Source of the DNA: Neoechinorhynchus agilis
Taxonomy: Eukaryota > Animalia > Acanthocephala
DNA length: 38,203 nucleotides
NCBI GenBank assembly: GCA_051530055.1
Contig: JBMGUZ010000021.1
Coordinates: 1-38,203 of the forward strand
Direction: 5' to 3'
The notes under the pieces were generated by a model, which worked only from the letters and a program-made list of their open reading frames with translations, did no database searches and was not told the DNA's origin. Position 1 is the first letter of the stretch; every line of letters starts with the position of its first letter. The translations under genes and the position numbers were made by a program. Below are positions 26,059-37,225 of this stretch, piece after piece.

Positions 26059-29000
26059 TCTAACTGATTTCCGCTATTTTTTATTTGATCTTTTCCGCGC
26101 ATTGTTAACAAATTATAAAACTCTAAGAATAATTAAGAGAAAGTGTCACATCGGATTATGCAAAAGCTTGGATTTAACTCCATTATTAAATTTTTCTTTA
26201 ATTTCTAGTTCCCTCGGAGACTCAATGAGCCAATATCTTCATCGGGCATCGGTTTAGAACCGCTACTTACTGTTTGTTAGTAATGAACGCTTTAGGTGCC
26301 CTTTAGAAAGTTGTTCGATTTTTGCCCACTGAAGATGTTCAGGAAAGGAAACTTCTTGCAGTTTGCGTCTGACTGATTTCCGGTATTTTTTATTTGATCA
26401 TTTCCGCGTATTGTTAACAAATTATAAAACTTTAAGAATAATTAAGAGAAAGTGTCACATCGGATTATGCAAAAGCTTAGATTTAACTCCAGTATTAAAT
26501 TTTTCTTTAATTTCTAGTTCCCTCGGAGACTCAATGAGCCAATATCTTCATCGGGCATCGGTTTAGAACCGCTACTTACTGTTTGTTAGTAATGTACGCT
26601 TTAGGTGCCCTTTAGAAAGTTGTTCGATTTTTGCACACTAAAGATGTTCAGGAAAGGAAACTTCTTGCAGTTTGCGTCTGACTGATTTCCGGTATTTTTT
26701 CTTTGATCATTTCCGCGTATTGTTAACAAATTATAAAACTTTAAGAATAATTAAGAGAAAGTGTCACATCGGATTATGCAAAAGCTTAGATTTAACTCCA
26801 GTATTAAATTTTTCTTTAATTTCTAGTTCCCTCGGAGACTCAATGAGCCAATATCTTCATCGGGCATCGGTTTAGAACCGCTACTTACTGTTTGTTAGTA
26901 ATGAACGCTTTAGGTGCCCTTTAGAAAGTTGTTCGATTTTTGCCCACTAAAGATGTTCAGGAAAGGAAACTTCTTGCAGTTTGCGTCTGACTGATTTCCG
27001 GTATTTTTTCTTTGATCATTTCCGCGTATTGTTAACAAATTATAAAACTTTAAGAATAATTAAGAGAAAGTGTCACATCGGATTATGCAAAAGCTTAGAT
27101 TTAACTCCATTATTAAATTTTTCTTTAATTTCTAGTTCCCTCGGAGACTCAATGAGCCAATATCTTCATCGGGCATCGGTTTAGAACCGCTACTTACTGT
27201 TTGTTATTAATGAACGCTTTAGGTGCCCTTTAGAAAGTTGTTCGATTTTTGCCCACTGAAGATGTTCAGCAAAGGAAACTTCTTGCAGTTTGCGTCTAAC
27301 TGATTTCCGGTATTTGTTATTTGATCTTTTCCGCGTATTATTAACAAATTATAAAACTCTAAGAATAATTAAGAGAAAGTGTCACATCGGATTATGCAAA
27401 AGCTTAGATTTAACTCCATTATTAAATTTTTCTTTAATTTCTAGTTCCCTCGGAGACTCAATGAGCCAATATCTTCATCGGGCATCGGTTTAGAACCGCT
27501 ACTTACTGTTTGTTAGTAATGAACGCTTTAGGTGCCCTTTAGAAAGTTGTTCGATTTTTGCCCACTTAAGATGTTCAGGAAAATAAACTTCTTGCAGTTT
27601 GCGTCTGACTGATTTCCGGTATTTTTTATTTGATCTTTTCCGCGTATTGTTAACAAATTATAAAACTTTAGGAATAATTAAGAGAAAGTGTCACATCGGA
27701 TTATGCAAAAGCTTAGATTTAACTCCATTATTAAATTTTTCTTTAATTTCTAGTTCCCTCGGAGACTCAATGAGCCAATATCTTCATCGGGCATCGGTTT
27801 AGAACCGCTACTTACTGTTTGTTAGTAATGAACGCTTTAGGTGCCCTTTAGAAAGTTGTTCGATTTTTGCCCACTAAAGATGTTCAGGAAAGGAAACTTC
27901 TTGCAGTTTGCGTCTGACTGATTTCCGGTATTTTTTATTTGATCTTTTCCGCGTATTGTTAACAAATTATAAAACTTTAAGAATAATTAAGAGAAAGTGT
28001 CACATCGGATTATGCAAAAGCTTAGATTTAACTCCAGTATTAAATTTTTCTTTAATTTCTAGTTCCCTCGGAGACTCAATGAGCCAATATCTTCATCGGG
28101 CATCGGTTTAGAACCGCTACTTACTGTTTGTTAGTAATGTACGCTTTAGGTGCCCTTTAGAAAGTTGTTCGATTTTTGCCCACTAAAGATGTTCAGCAAA
28201 GGAAACTTCTTGCAGTTTGCGTCTAACTGATTTCCGCTATTTTTTATTTGATCTTTTCCGCGCATTGTTAACAAATTATAAAACTCTAAGAATAATTAAG
28301 AGAAAGTGTCACATCGGATTATGCAAAAGCTTGGATATAACTCCATTATTAAATTTTTCTTTAATTTCTAGTTCCCTCGGAGACTCAATGAGCCAATATC
28401 TTCATCGGGCATCGGTTTAGAACCGCTACTTACTGTTTGTTAGTAATGAACGCTTTAGGTGCCCTTTAGAAAGTTGTTCGATTTTTGCCCACTGAAGATG
28501 TTCAGCAAAGGAAACTTCTTGCAGTTTGCGTCTGACTGATTTCCGGTATTTTTTATTTGATCTTTTCCGCGTATTGTTAACAAATTATAAAACTCTAAGA
28601 ATAATTAAGAGAAAGTGTCACATCGGATTATGCAAAAGCTTAGATTTAACTCCAGAATTAAATTTTTCTTTAATTTCTAGTTCCCTCGGAGACTCAATGA
28701 GTCAATATCTTCATCGGGCATCGGTTTAGAACCGCTACTTACTGTTTGTTAGTAATGAACGCTTTAGGTGCCCTTTAGAAAGTTGTTCGATTTTTGCCCA
28801 CTGAAGATGTTCAGGAAAATAAACTTCTTGCAGTTTGCGTCTGACTGATTTCCGGTATTTTTTATTTGATCATTTCCGCGTATTGTTAACAAATTATAAA
28901 ACTTTAAGAATAATTAAGAGAAAATGTCACATCGGATTATGCAAAAGCTTAGATTTAACTCCATTATTAAATTTTTCTTTAATTTCTAGTTCCCTCGGAG

Positions 29001-32000
29001 ACTCAATGAGCCAATATCGTCATCGGGCATCGGTTTAGAACCGCTACTTACTGTTTGTTAGTTATTTACGCTTTAGGTGCCCTTTAGAAAGTTGTTCGAT
29101 TTTTGCCCACTGAAGATGTTCAGCAAAGGAAACTTCTTGCAGTTTGCGTCTAACTGATTTCCGGTATTTTTTCTTTGATCTTTTCCGCGTATTATTAACA
29201 AATTATAAAACTCTAAGAATAATTAAGAGAAAGTGTCACATCGGATTATGCAAAAGCTTGGATTTAACTCCATTATTAAATTTTTCTTTAATTTCTAGTT
29301 CCCTCGGAGACTCAATGAGCCAATATCTTCATCGGGCATCGGTTTAGAACCGCTACTTACTGTTTGTTAGTAATGGACGCTTTAGGTGCCCTTTAGAAAG
29401 TTGTTCGATTTTTGCCCACTGAAGATGTTCAGCAAAGGAAACTTCTTGCAGTTTGCGTCTAACTGATTTCCGGTATTTTTTATTTGATCTTTTCCGCGTA
29501 TTGTTAACAAATTATAAAACTTTAGGAATAATTAAGAGAAAGTGTCACATCGGATTATGCAAAAGCTTAGATTTAACTCCAGAATTAAATTTTTCTTTAA
29601 TTTCTAGTTCCCTCGGAGACTCAATGAGCCAATATCTTCATCGGGCATCGGTTTAGAACCGCTACTTACTGTTTGTTAGTAATTAACGCTTTAGGTGCCC
29701 TTTAGAAAGTTGTTCGATTTTTGCCCACTGAAGATGTTCAGCAAAGGAAACTTCTTGCAGTTTGCGTCTAACTGATTTCCGCTATTTTTTATTTGATCTT
29801 TTCCGCGCATTGTTAACAAATTATAAAACTCTAAGAATAATTAAGAGAAAGTGTCACATCGGATTATGCAAAAGCTTGGATTTAACTCCATTATTAAATT
29901 TTTCTTTAATTTCTAGTTCCCTCGGAGACTCAATGAGCCAATATCTTCATCGGGCATCGGTTTAGAACCGCTACTTACTGTTTGTTAGTAATGAACGCTT
30001 TAGGTGCCCTTTAGAAAGTTGTTCGATTTTTGCCCACTAAAGATGTTCAGCAAAGGAAACTTCTTGCAGTTTGCGTCTAACTGATTTCCGCTATTTTTTA
30101 TTTGATCTTTTCCGCGCATTGTTAACAAATTATAAAACTCTAAGAATAATTAAGAGAAAGTGTCACATCGGATTATGCAAAAGCTTGGATATAACTCCAT
30201 TATTAAATTTTTCTTTAATTTCTAGTTCCCTCGGAGACTCAATGAGTCGATATCTTCATCGGGCATCGGTTTAGAACCGCTACTTACTGTTTGTTAGTAA
30301 TGAACGCTTTAGGTGCCCTTTAGAAAGTTGTTCGATTTTTGCCCACTGAAGATGTTCAGCAAAGGAAACTTCTTGCAGTTTGCGTCTAACTGATTTCCGG
30401 TATTTTTTATTTGATCTTTTCCGCGTATTGTTAACAAATTATAAAACTTTAGGAGTAATTAAGAGTAAGTGTCACATCGGATTATGCAAAAGCTTAGATT
30501 TAACTCCAGAATTAAATTTTTCTTTAATTTCTAGTTCCCTCGGAGACTCAATGAGCCAATATCTTCATCGGGCATCGGTTTAGAACCGCTACTTACTGTT
30601 TGTTAGTTATTTACGCTTTAGGTGCCCTTTAGAAAGTTGTTCGATTTTTGCCCACTGAAGATGTTCAGCAAAGGAAACTTCTTGCAGTTTGCGTCTAACT
30701 GATTTCCGGTATTTGTTCTTTGATCTTTTCCGCGTATTATTAACAAATTATAAAACTCTAAGAATAATTAAGAGAAAGTGTCACATCGGATTATGCAAAA
30801 GCTTAGATTTAACTCCAGAATTAAATTTTTCTTTAATTTCTAGTTCCCTCGGAGACTCAATGAGCCAATATCTTCATCGGGCATCGGTTTAGAACCGCTA
30901 CTTACTGTTTGTTAGTAATGAACGCTTTAGATGCCCTTTAGAAAGTTGTTCGATTTTTGCCCACTGAAGATGTTCAGGAAAATAAACTTCTTGCAGTTTG
31001 CGTCTGACTGATTTCCGGTATTTTTTATTTGATCATTTCCGCGTATTGTTAACAAATTATAAAACTTTAGGAATAATTAAGAGAAAGTGTCACATCGGAT
31101 TATGCAAAAGCTTAGATTTAACTCCATTATTAATTTTTTCTTTAATTTCTAGTTCCCTCGGAGACTCAATGAGCCAATATCTTCATCGGGCATCGGTTTA
31201 GAACCGCTACTTACTGCTTGTTATTAATGAACGCTTAAGGTGCCCTTTAGAAAGTTGTTCGATTTTTGCACACTAAAGATGTTCAGGAAAGGAAACTTCT
31301 TGCAGTTTGCGTCTGACTGATTTCCGGTATTTTTTATTTGATCTTTTCCGCGTATTGTTAACAAATTATAAAACTTTAGGAATAATTAAGAGAAAGTGTC
31401 ACATCGGATTATGCAAAAGCTTAGATTTAACTCCAGTATTAAATTTTTCTTTAATTTCTAGTTCCCTCGGAGACTCAATGAGCCAATATCTTCATCGGGC
31501 ATCGGTTTAGAACCGCTACTTACTGTTTGTTAGTAATGAACGCTTTAGGTGCCCTTTAGAAAGTTGTTCGATTTTTGCCCACTGAAGATGTTCAGGAAAG
31601 GAAACTTCTTGCAGTTTGCGTCTAACTGATTTCCGGTATTTTTTATTTGATCTTTTCCGCGTATTGTTAACAAATTATAAAACTTTAAGAATAATTAAGA
31701 GAAAGTGTCACATCGGATTATGCAAAAGCTTAGATTTAACTCCATTATTAAATTTTTCTTTAATTTCTAGTTCCCTCGGAGACTCAATGAGCCAATATCT
31801 TCATCGGGCATCGGTTTAGAACCGCTACTTACTGTTTGTTAGTAATGAACGCTTTAGGTGCCCTTTAGAAAGTTGTTCGATTTTTGCCCACTGAAGATGT
31901 TCAGCAAAGGAAACTTCTTGCAGTTTGCGTCTAACTGATTTCCGGTATTTTTTATTTGATCTTTTCCGCGTATTGTTAACAAATTATAAAACTCTAAGAA

Positions 32001-34359
32001 TAATTAAGAGAAAGTGTCACATCGGATTATGCAAAAGCTTGGATTTAACTCCATTATTAAATTTTTCTTTAATTTCTAGTTCCCTCGGAGACTCAATGAG
32101 CCAATATCTTCATCGGGCATCGGTTTAGAACCGCTACTTACTGTTTGTTAGTAATGAACGCTTTAGGTGCCCTTTAGAAAGTTGTTCGATTTTTGCCCAC
32201 TTAAGATGTTCAGGAAAATAAACTTCTTGCAGTTTGCGTCTGACTGATTTCCGGTATTTTTTATTTGATCTTTTCCGCGTATTGTTAACAAATTATAAAA
32301 CTTTAGGAATAATTAAGAGAAAGTGTCACATCGGATTATGCAAAAGCTTAGATTTAACTCCAGAATTAAATTTTTCTTTAATTTCTAGTTCCCTCGGAGA
32401 CTCAATGAGCCAATATCTTCATCGGGCATCGGTTTAGAACCGCTACTTACTGTTTGTTAGTAATGAACGCTTTAGGTGCCCTTTAGAAAGTTGTTCGATT
32501 TTTGCCCACTGAAGATGTTCAGGAAAGGAAACTTCTTGCAGTTTGCGTCTGACTGATTTCCGGTATTTTTTATTTGATCTTTTCCGCGTATTGTTAACAA
32601 ATTATAAAACTTTAAGAATAATTAAGAGAAAGTGTCACATCGGATTATGCAAAAGCTTAGATTTAACTCCAGAATTAAATTTTTCTTTAATTTCTAGTTC
32701 CCTCGGAGACTCAATGAGCCAATATCTTCATCGGGCATCGGTTTAGAACCGCTACTTACTGTTTGTTAGTTATTTACGCTTTAGGTGCCCTTTAGAAAGT
32801 TGTTCGATTTTTGCCCACTGAAGATGTTCAGGAAAGGAAACTTCTTGCAGTTTGCGTCTAACTGATTTCCGGTATTTTTTCTTTGATCATTTCCGCGTAT
32901 TGTTAACAAATTATAAAACTCTAAGAATAATTAAGAGAAAGTGTCACATCGGATTATGCAAAAGCTTAGATTTAACTCCAGTATTAAATTTTTCTTTAAT
33001 TTCTAGTTCCCTCGGAGACTCAATGAGCCAATATCTTCATCGGGCATCGGTTTAGAACCGCTACTTACTGTTTGTTAGTAATGAACGCTTTAGGTGCCCT
33101 TTAGAAAGTTGTTCGATTTTTGCCCACTAAAGATGTTCAGGAAAGGAAACTTCTTGCAGTTTGCGTCTGACTGATTTCCGGTATTTTTTATTTGATCTTT
33201 TCCGCGTATTGTTAACAAATTATAAAACTTTAAGAATAATTAAGAGAAAGTGTCACATCGGATTATGCAAAAGCTTAGATTTAACTCCAGTATTAAATTT
33301 TTCTTTAATTTCTAGTTCCCTCGGAGACTCAATGAGCCAATATCTTCATCGGGCATCGGTTTAGAACCGCTACTTACTGTTTGTTAGTAATGAACGCTTT
33401 AGGTGCCCTTTAGAAAGTTGTTCGATTTTTGCCCACTGAAGATGTTCAGGAAAGGAAACTTCTTGCAGTTTGCGTCTGACTGATTTCCGGTATTTTTATT
33501 TGATCATTTCCGCGTATTGTTAACAAAATTATAAAACTTTAAGAATAATTAAGAGAAAGTGTCACATCGGATTATGCAAAAGCTTAGATTTAACTCCAGT
33601 ATGAAATTTTTCTTTAATTTCTAGTTCCATCGGAGACTCAATGAGCCAATACCTACATCGGGCATCGGTTTAGAACCGCTACTTACTGTTTGTTAGTAAT
33701 GAACGCTTTAGGTGCCCTTTAGAAAGTTTTTCGATTTTTGCCCACTAAAGATGTTCAGCAAAGGAAACTTCTTGCAGTTTGCGTCTAACTGATTTAAGGT
33801 ATTTGTTCTTTGATCTTTTCCGCGTATTATTTACAAATTATAAAACTCTAAGAATAATTAAGAGAAAGTGTCACATCGGATTATGCAAAAGCTTAGATTT
33901 AACTCCAGTATGAAATTTTTCTTTAATTTCTAGTTCCCTCGGCGACTCAATGAGCCAATATCTTCATCGGGCATCGGTTTAGAACCGCTACTTACGGTTT
34001 GTTAGTAATGAACGCTTAAGGTGCCCTTTAGAAAGTTGTTCGATTTTTGCCCACCAAAGATGTTCAGGAAAGGAAACTTCTAGCGGTTTGCGTCTGACTC
34101 ATTTCCGGAATTTTTTATTTGATCATTTCCGCGTATTATTAACAAATTATAAAACTTTAGGAATAATTAAGAGAAAGTGTCAAATCGGATTATGCAAAAG
34201 CTTAGATTTAAATCCAGTATGAAATTTTTCTTTAATTTCTAGTTCCCTCGGAGACTCAATGAGTCGATATCTTCATCTGGCATCGGTTTAGAACCGCTAC
34301 TTACTGTTTGTTAGTAATGAACGCTTTAGGTGCCCTTTAGAAAGTTGTTCGATTTTTGC

Positions 34360-35370
34360 CCACTGAAGATGTTCAGCAAAGGAAACTTCTTGCAGTTTGC
34401 GTATAACTGATTTCCGGTATTTTTTATTTGATCTTTTCCGCGTATTGTTAACAAATTATAAAACTTTATGAATAATTAAGAGAAAGTGTCACATCGGATT
34501 ATGCAAAGGCTTAGATTTAAGTCCAGTATGAAATTTTTCTTTAATTTCTAGTTCCCTCGGAGACTCAATGAGCCAATATCTTCATCGGGCATCGGTTTAG
34601 AACCGCTACTTACTGCTTGTTATTAATGAACGCTTTAGGTGCCGTTTAGAAAGTTGTTCGATTTTTGCCCACTAAAGATGTTCAGGAAAGGAAACTTCTT
34701 GCATTTTTTTCTGACTGATTTCCGGTATCTTTTCTTTGATCATTTCCTCGTATTGTTAACAAATTATAAAACTTTAAGAATAATTAAGAGAAAATGTCAC
34801 ATCGGATTATGCAAAAGCTTAGATTTAAATCCAGAATTAAATTTTTCTTTAATTTCTAGTTCCCTCGGAGACACAATTAGCCAATATCTACATCGGGCAT
34901 CGGTTTAGAACCGCTACTTACTGTTTGTTAGTAATGAACGCTTTAGGTGCCCTTTAGAAAGTTTTTCGATTTTTGCCCACTAAAGATGTTCAGGAAAGGA
35001 AACTTCTTGCGGTTTGCGTCTGACTCATTTCCGGAATTTTTTATTTGATCATTTCCGCGTATTGTTAACAAATTATAAAACTTTAAGAATAATTAAGAGA
35101 TAGTGTCAAATCGGATTATGCAAAAGCTTAGATTTAAATCCAGTATGAAATTTTTCTTTAATTTCTAGTTCCCTCGGAGACTCAATGAGTCGATATCTTC
35201 ATCGGGCATCGGTTTAGAACCGCTACTTACTGCTCGTTATTAATGAACGCTATGGGTGCCCTTTAGAAAGTTGTTCGATTTTTGCCACTAAAGATGTTCA
35301 GCAAAGGAAACTTCTTGCAGTTTTCGCCTGACTCATTTCCGGTATTTTTTATTTTGATCTTTTCCGCGTT
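34360..35370 (+). repeat. ~1-kb segment duplicated at +1854/1855 (6 monomers), copy 1
   Basis: gtataac at 34401 vs 36255 and acacaattag at 34871 vs 36726. Apart from one T-run length the copies look identical by eye. Confidence 0.9.
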
Positions 35371-36214
35371 TTGTTAACATATTATAAAACTTTAGGAATA
35401 ATTAAGTGAAAGTGTCACATCGGATTATGCAAATGCTTAGATTTAACTCCATTATTAAATTTTTATTTAATTTCTAGTTCCCTCGGAGACTCAATGAGCC
35501 AATATCTTCATCGGGCATCGGTTTAGAACCGCTACTTACTGCTTGTTAATAATGAACGCTTTAGGTGCCGTTTAGAAAGTTGTTCGATTTTTGCCCACTA
35601 AAGATGTTCAGGAAAGGAAACTTCTTGCATTTTTTTTCTGACTGATTTCCGGTATCTTTTCTTTGATCATTTCCTCGTATTGTTAACAAATTATAAAACT
35701 TTAAGAATAATTAAGAGAAAATGTCACATCGGATTATGCAAAAGCTTAGATTTAAATCCAGAATTAAATTTTTCTTTAATTTCTAGTTCCCTCGGAGACT
35801 CAATTAGCCAATATCTACATCGGGCATCGGTTTAGAACCGCTACTTACTGTTTGTTAGTAATGAACGCTTTAGGTGCCCTTTAGAAAGTTTTTCGATTTT
35901 TGCCCACTAAAGATGTTCAGCAAAGGAAACTTCTTGCAGTTTGCGTCTAACTGATTTAAGGTATTTGTTCTTTGATCTTTTCCGCGTATTATTTACAAAT
36001 TATAAAACTCTAAGAATAATTAAGAGAAAGTGTCACATCGGATTATGCAAAAGCTTTAGATTTAACTCCAGTATGAAATTTTTTTTTAATTTCTAGTTCC
36101 CTCGGCGACTCAATGAGCCAATATCTTCATCGGGCATCGGTTTAGAACCGCTACTTACTGCTTGTTATTAATGAACGCTTTAGGTGCCCTTTAGAAAGTT
36201 GTTCGATTTTTGTC

Positions 36215-37225
36215 CACTGAAGATGTTCAGCAAAGGAAACTTCTTGCAGTTTGCGTATAACTGATTTCCGGTATTTTTTATTTGATCTTTTCCGCGTATT
36301 GTTAACAAATTATAAAACTTTATGAATAATTAAGAGAAAGTGTCACATCGGATTATGCAAAGGCTTAGATTTAAGTCCAGTATGAAATTTTTCTTTAATT
36401 TCTAGTTCCCTCGGAGACTCAATGAGCCAATATCTTCATCGGGCATCGGTTTAGAACCGCTACTTACTGCTTGTTATTAATGAACGCTTTAGGTGCCGTT
36501 TAGAAAGTTGTTCGATTTTTGCCCACTAAAGATGTTCAGGAAAGGAAACTTCTTGCATTTTTTTTCTGACTGATTTCCGGTATCTTTTCTTTGATCATTT
36601 CCTCGTATTGTTAACAAATTATAAAACTTTAAGAATAATTAAGAGAAAATGTCACATCGGATTATGCAAAAGCTTAGATTTAAATCCAGAATTAAATTTT
36701 TCTTTAATTTCTAGTTCCCTCGGAGACACAATTAGCCAATATCTACATCGGGCATCGGTTTAGAACCGCTACTTACTGTTTGTTAGTAATGAACGCTTTA
36801 GGTGCCCTTTAGAAAGTTTTTCGATTTTTGCCCACTAAAGATGTTCAGGAAAGGAAACTTCTTGCGGTTTGCGTCTGACTCATTTCCGGAATTTTTTATT
36901 TGATCATTTCCGCGTATTGTTAACAAATTATAAAACTTTAAGAATAATTAAGAGATAGTGTCAAATCGGATTATGCAAAAGCTTAGATTTAAATCCAGTA
37001 TGAAATTTTTCTTTAATTTCTAGTTCCCTCGGAGACTCAATGAGTCGATATCTTCATCGGGCATCGGTTTAGAACCGCTACTTACTGCTCGTTATTAATG
37101 AACGCTATGGGTGCCCTTTAGAAAGTTGTTCGATTTTTGCCACTAAAGATGTTCAGCAAAGGAAACTTCTTGCAGTTTTCGCCTGACTCATTTCCGGTAT
37201 TTTTTATTTTGATCTTTTCCGCGTT
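36215..37225 (+). repeat. ~1-kb duplicated segment, copy 2
   Basis: Same private alleles as 34360-35370. The sequence reverts to consensus-like after gcgttttgttaac at ~37225. Confidence 0.9.

Larger units (their letters stand above)
14480..33400 (+). repeat. Homogeneous core domain (~61 monomers)
   Basis: 14628 to 33161 is 18,533 bp = 60 x 309 - 7. That is accounted for by four small deletions (~15845, ~17390, ~17430, ~23900). Spacing is exactly 309 bp for 29 consecutive units from 24200 to 33161. Confidence 0.9.
33470..37225 (+). repeat. Divergent satellite domain II with nested 3/6/7-monomer repeats
   Basis: Many private alleles: gcatttttttt, cctcgtat, caattag, ctacatc, ccggaatt, gtcaaatc, ttaaatcc, gtgccgtt, ctatggg, ggcgactc. 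Confidence 0.9.

Noticed and set aside
33520-36060. Single-base indels in homopolymers (aacaaaatt ~33525, 7-T ~34703, gctttaga ~36055)
   Set aside because: They are singletons in homopolymer runs and cannot be told apart from sequencing or assembly error without reads.
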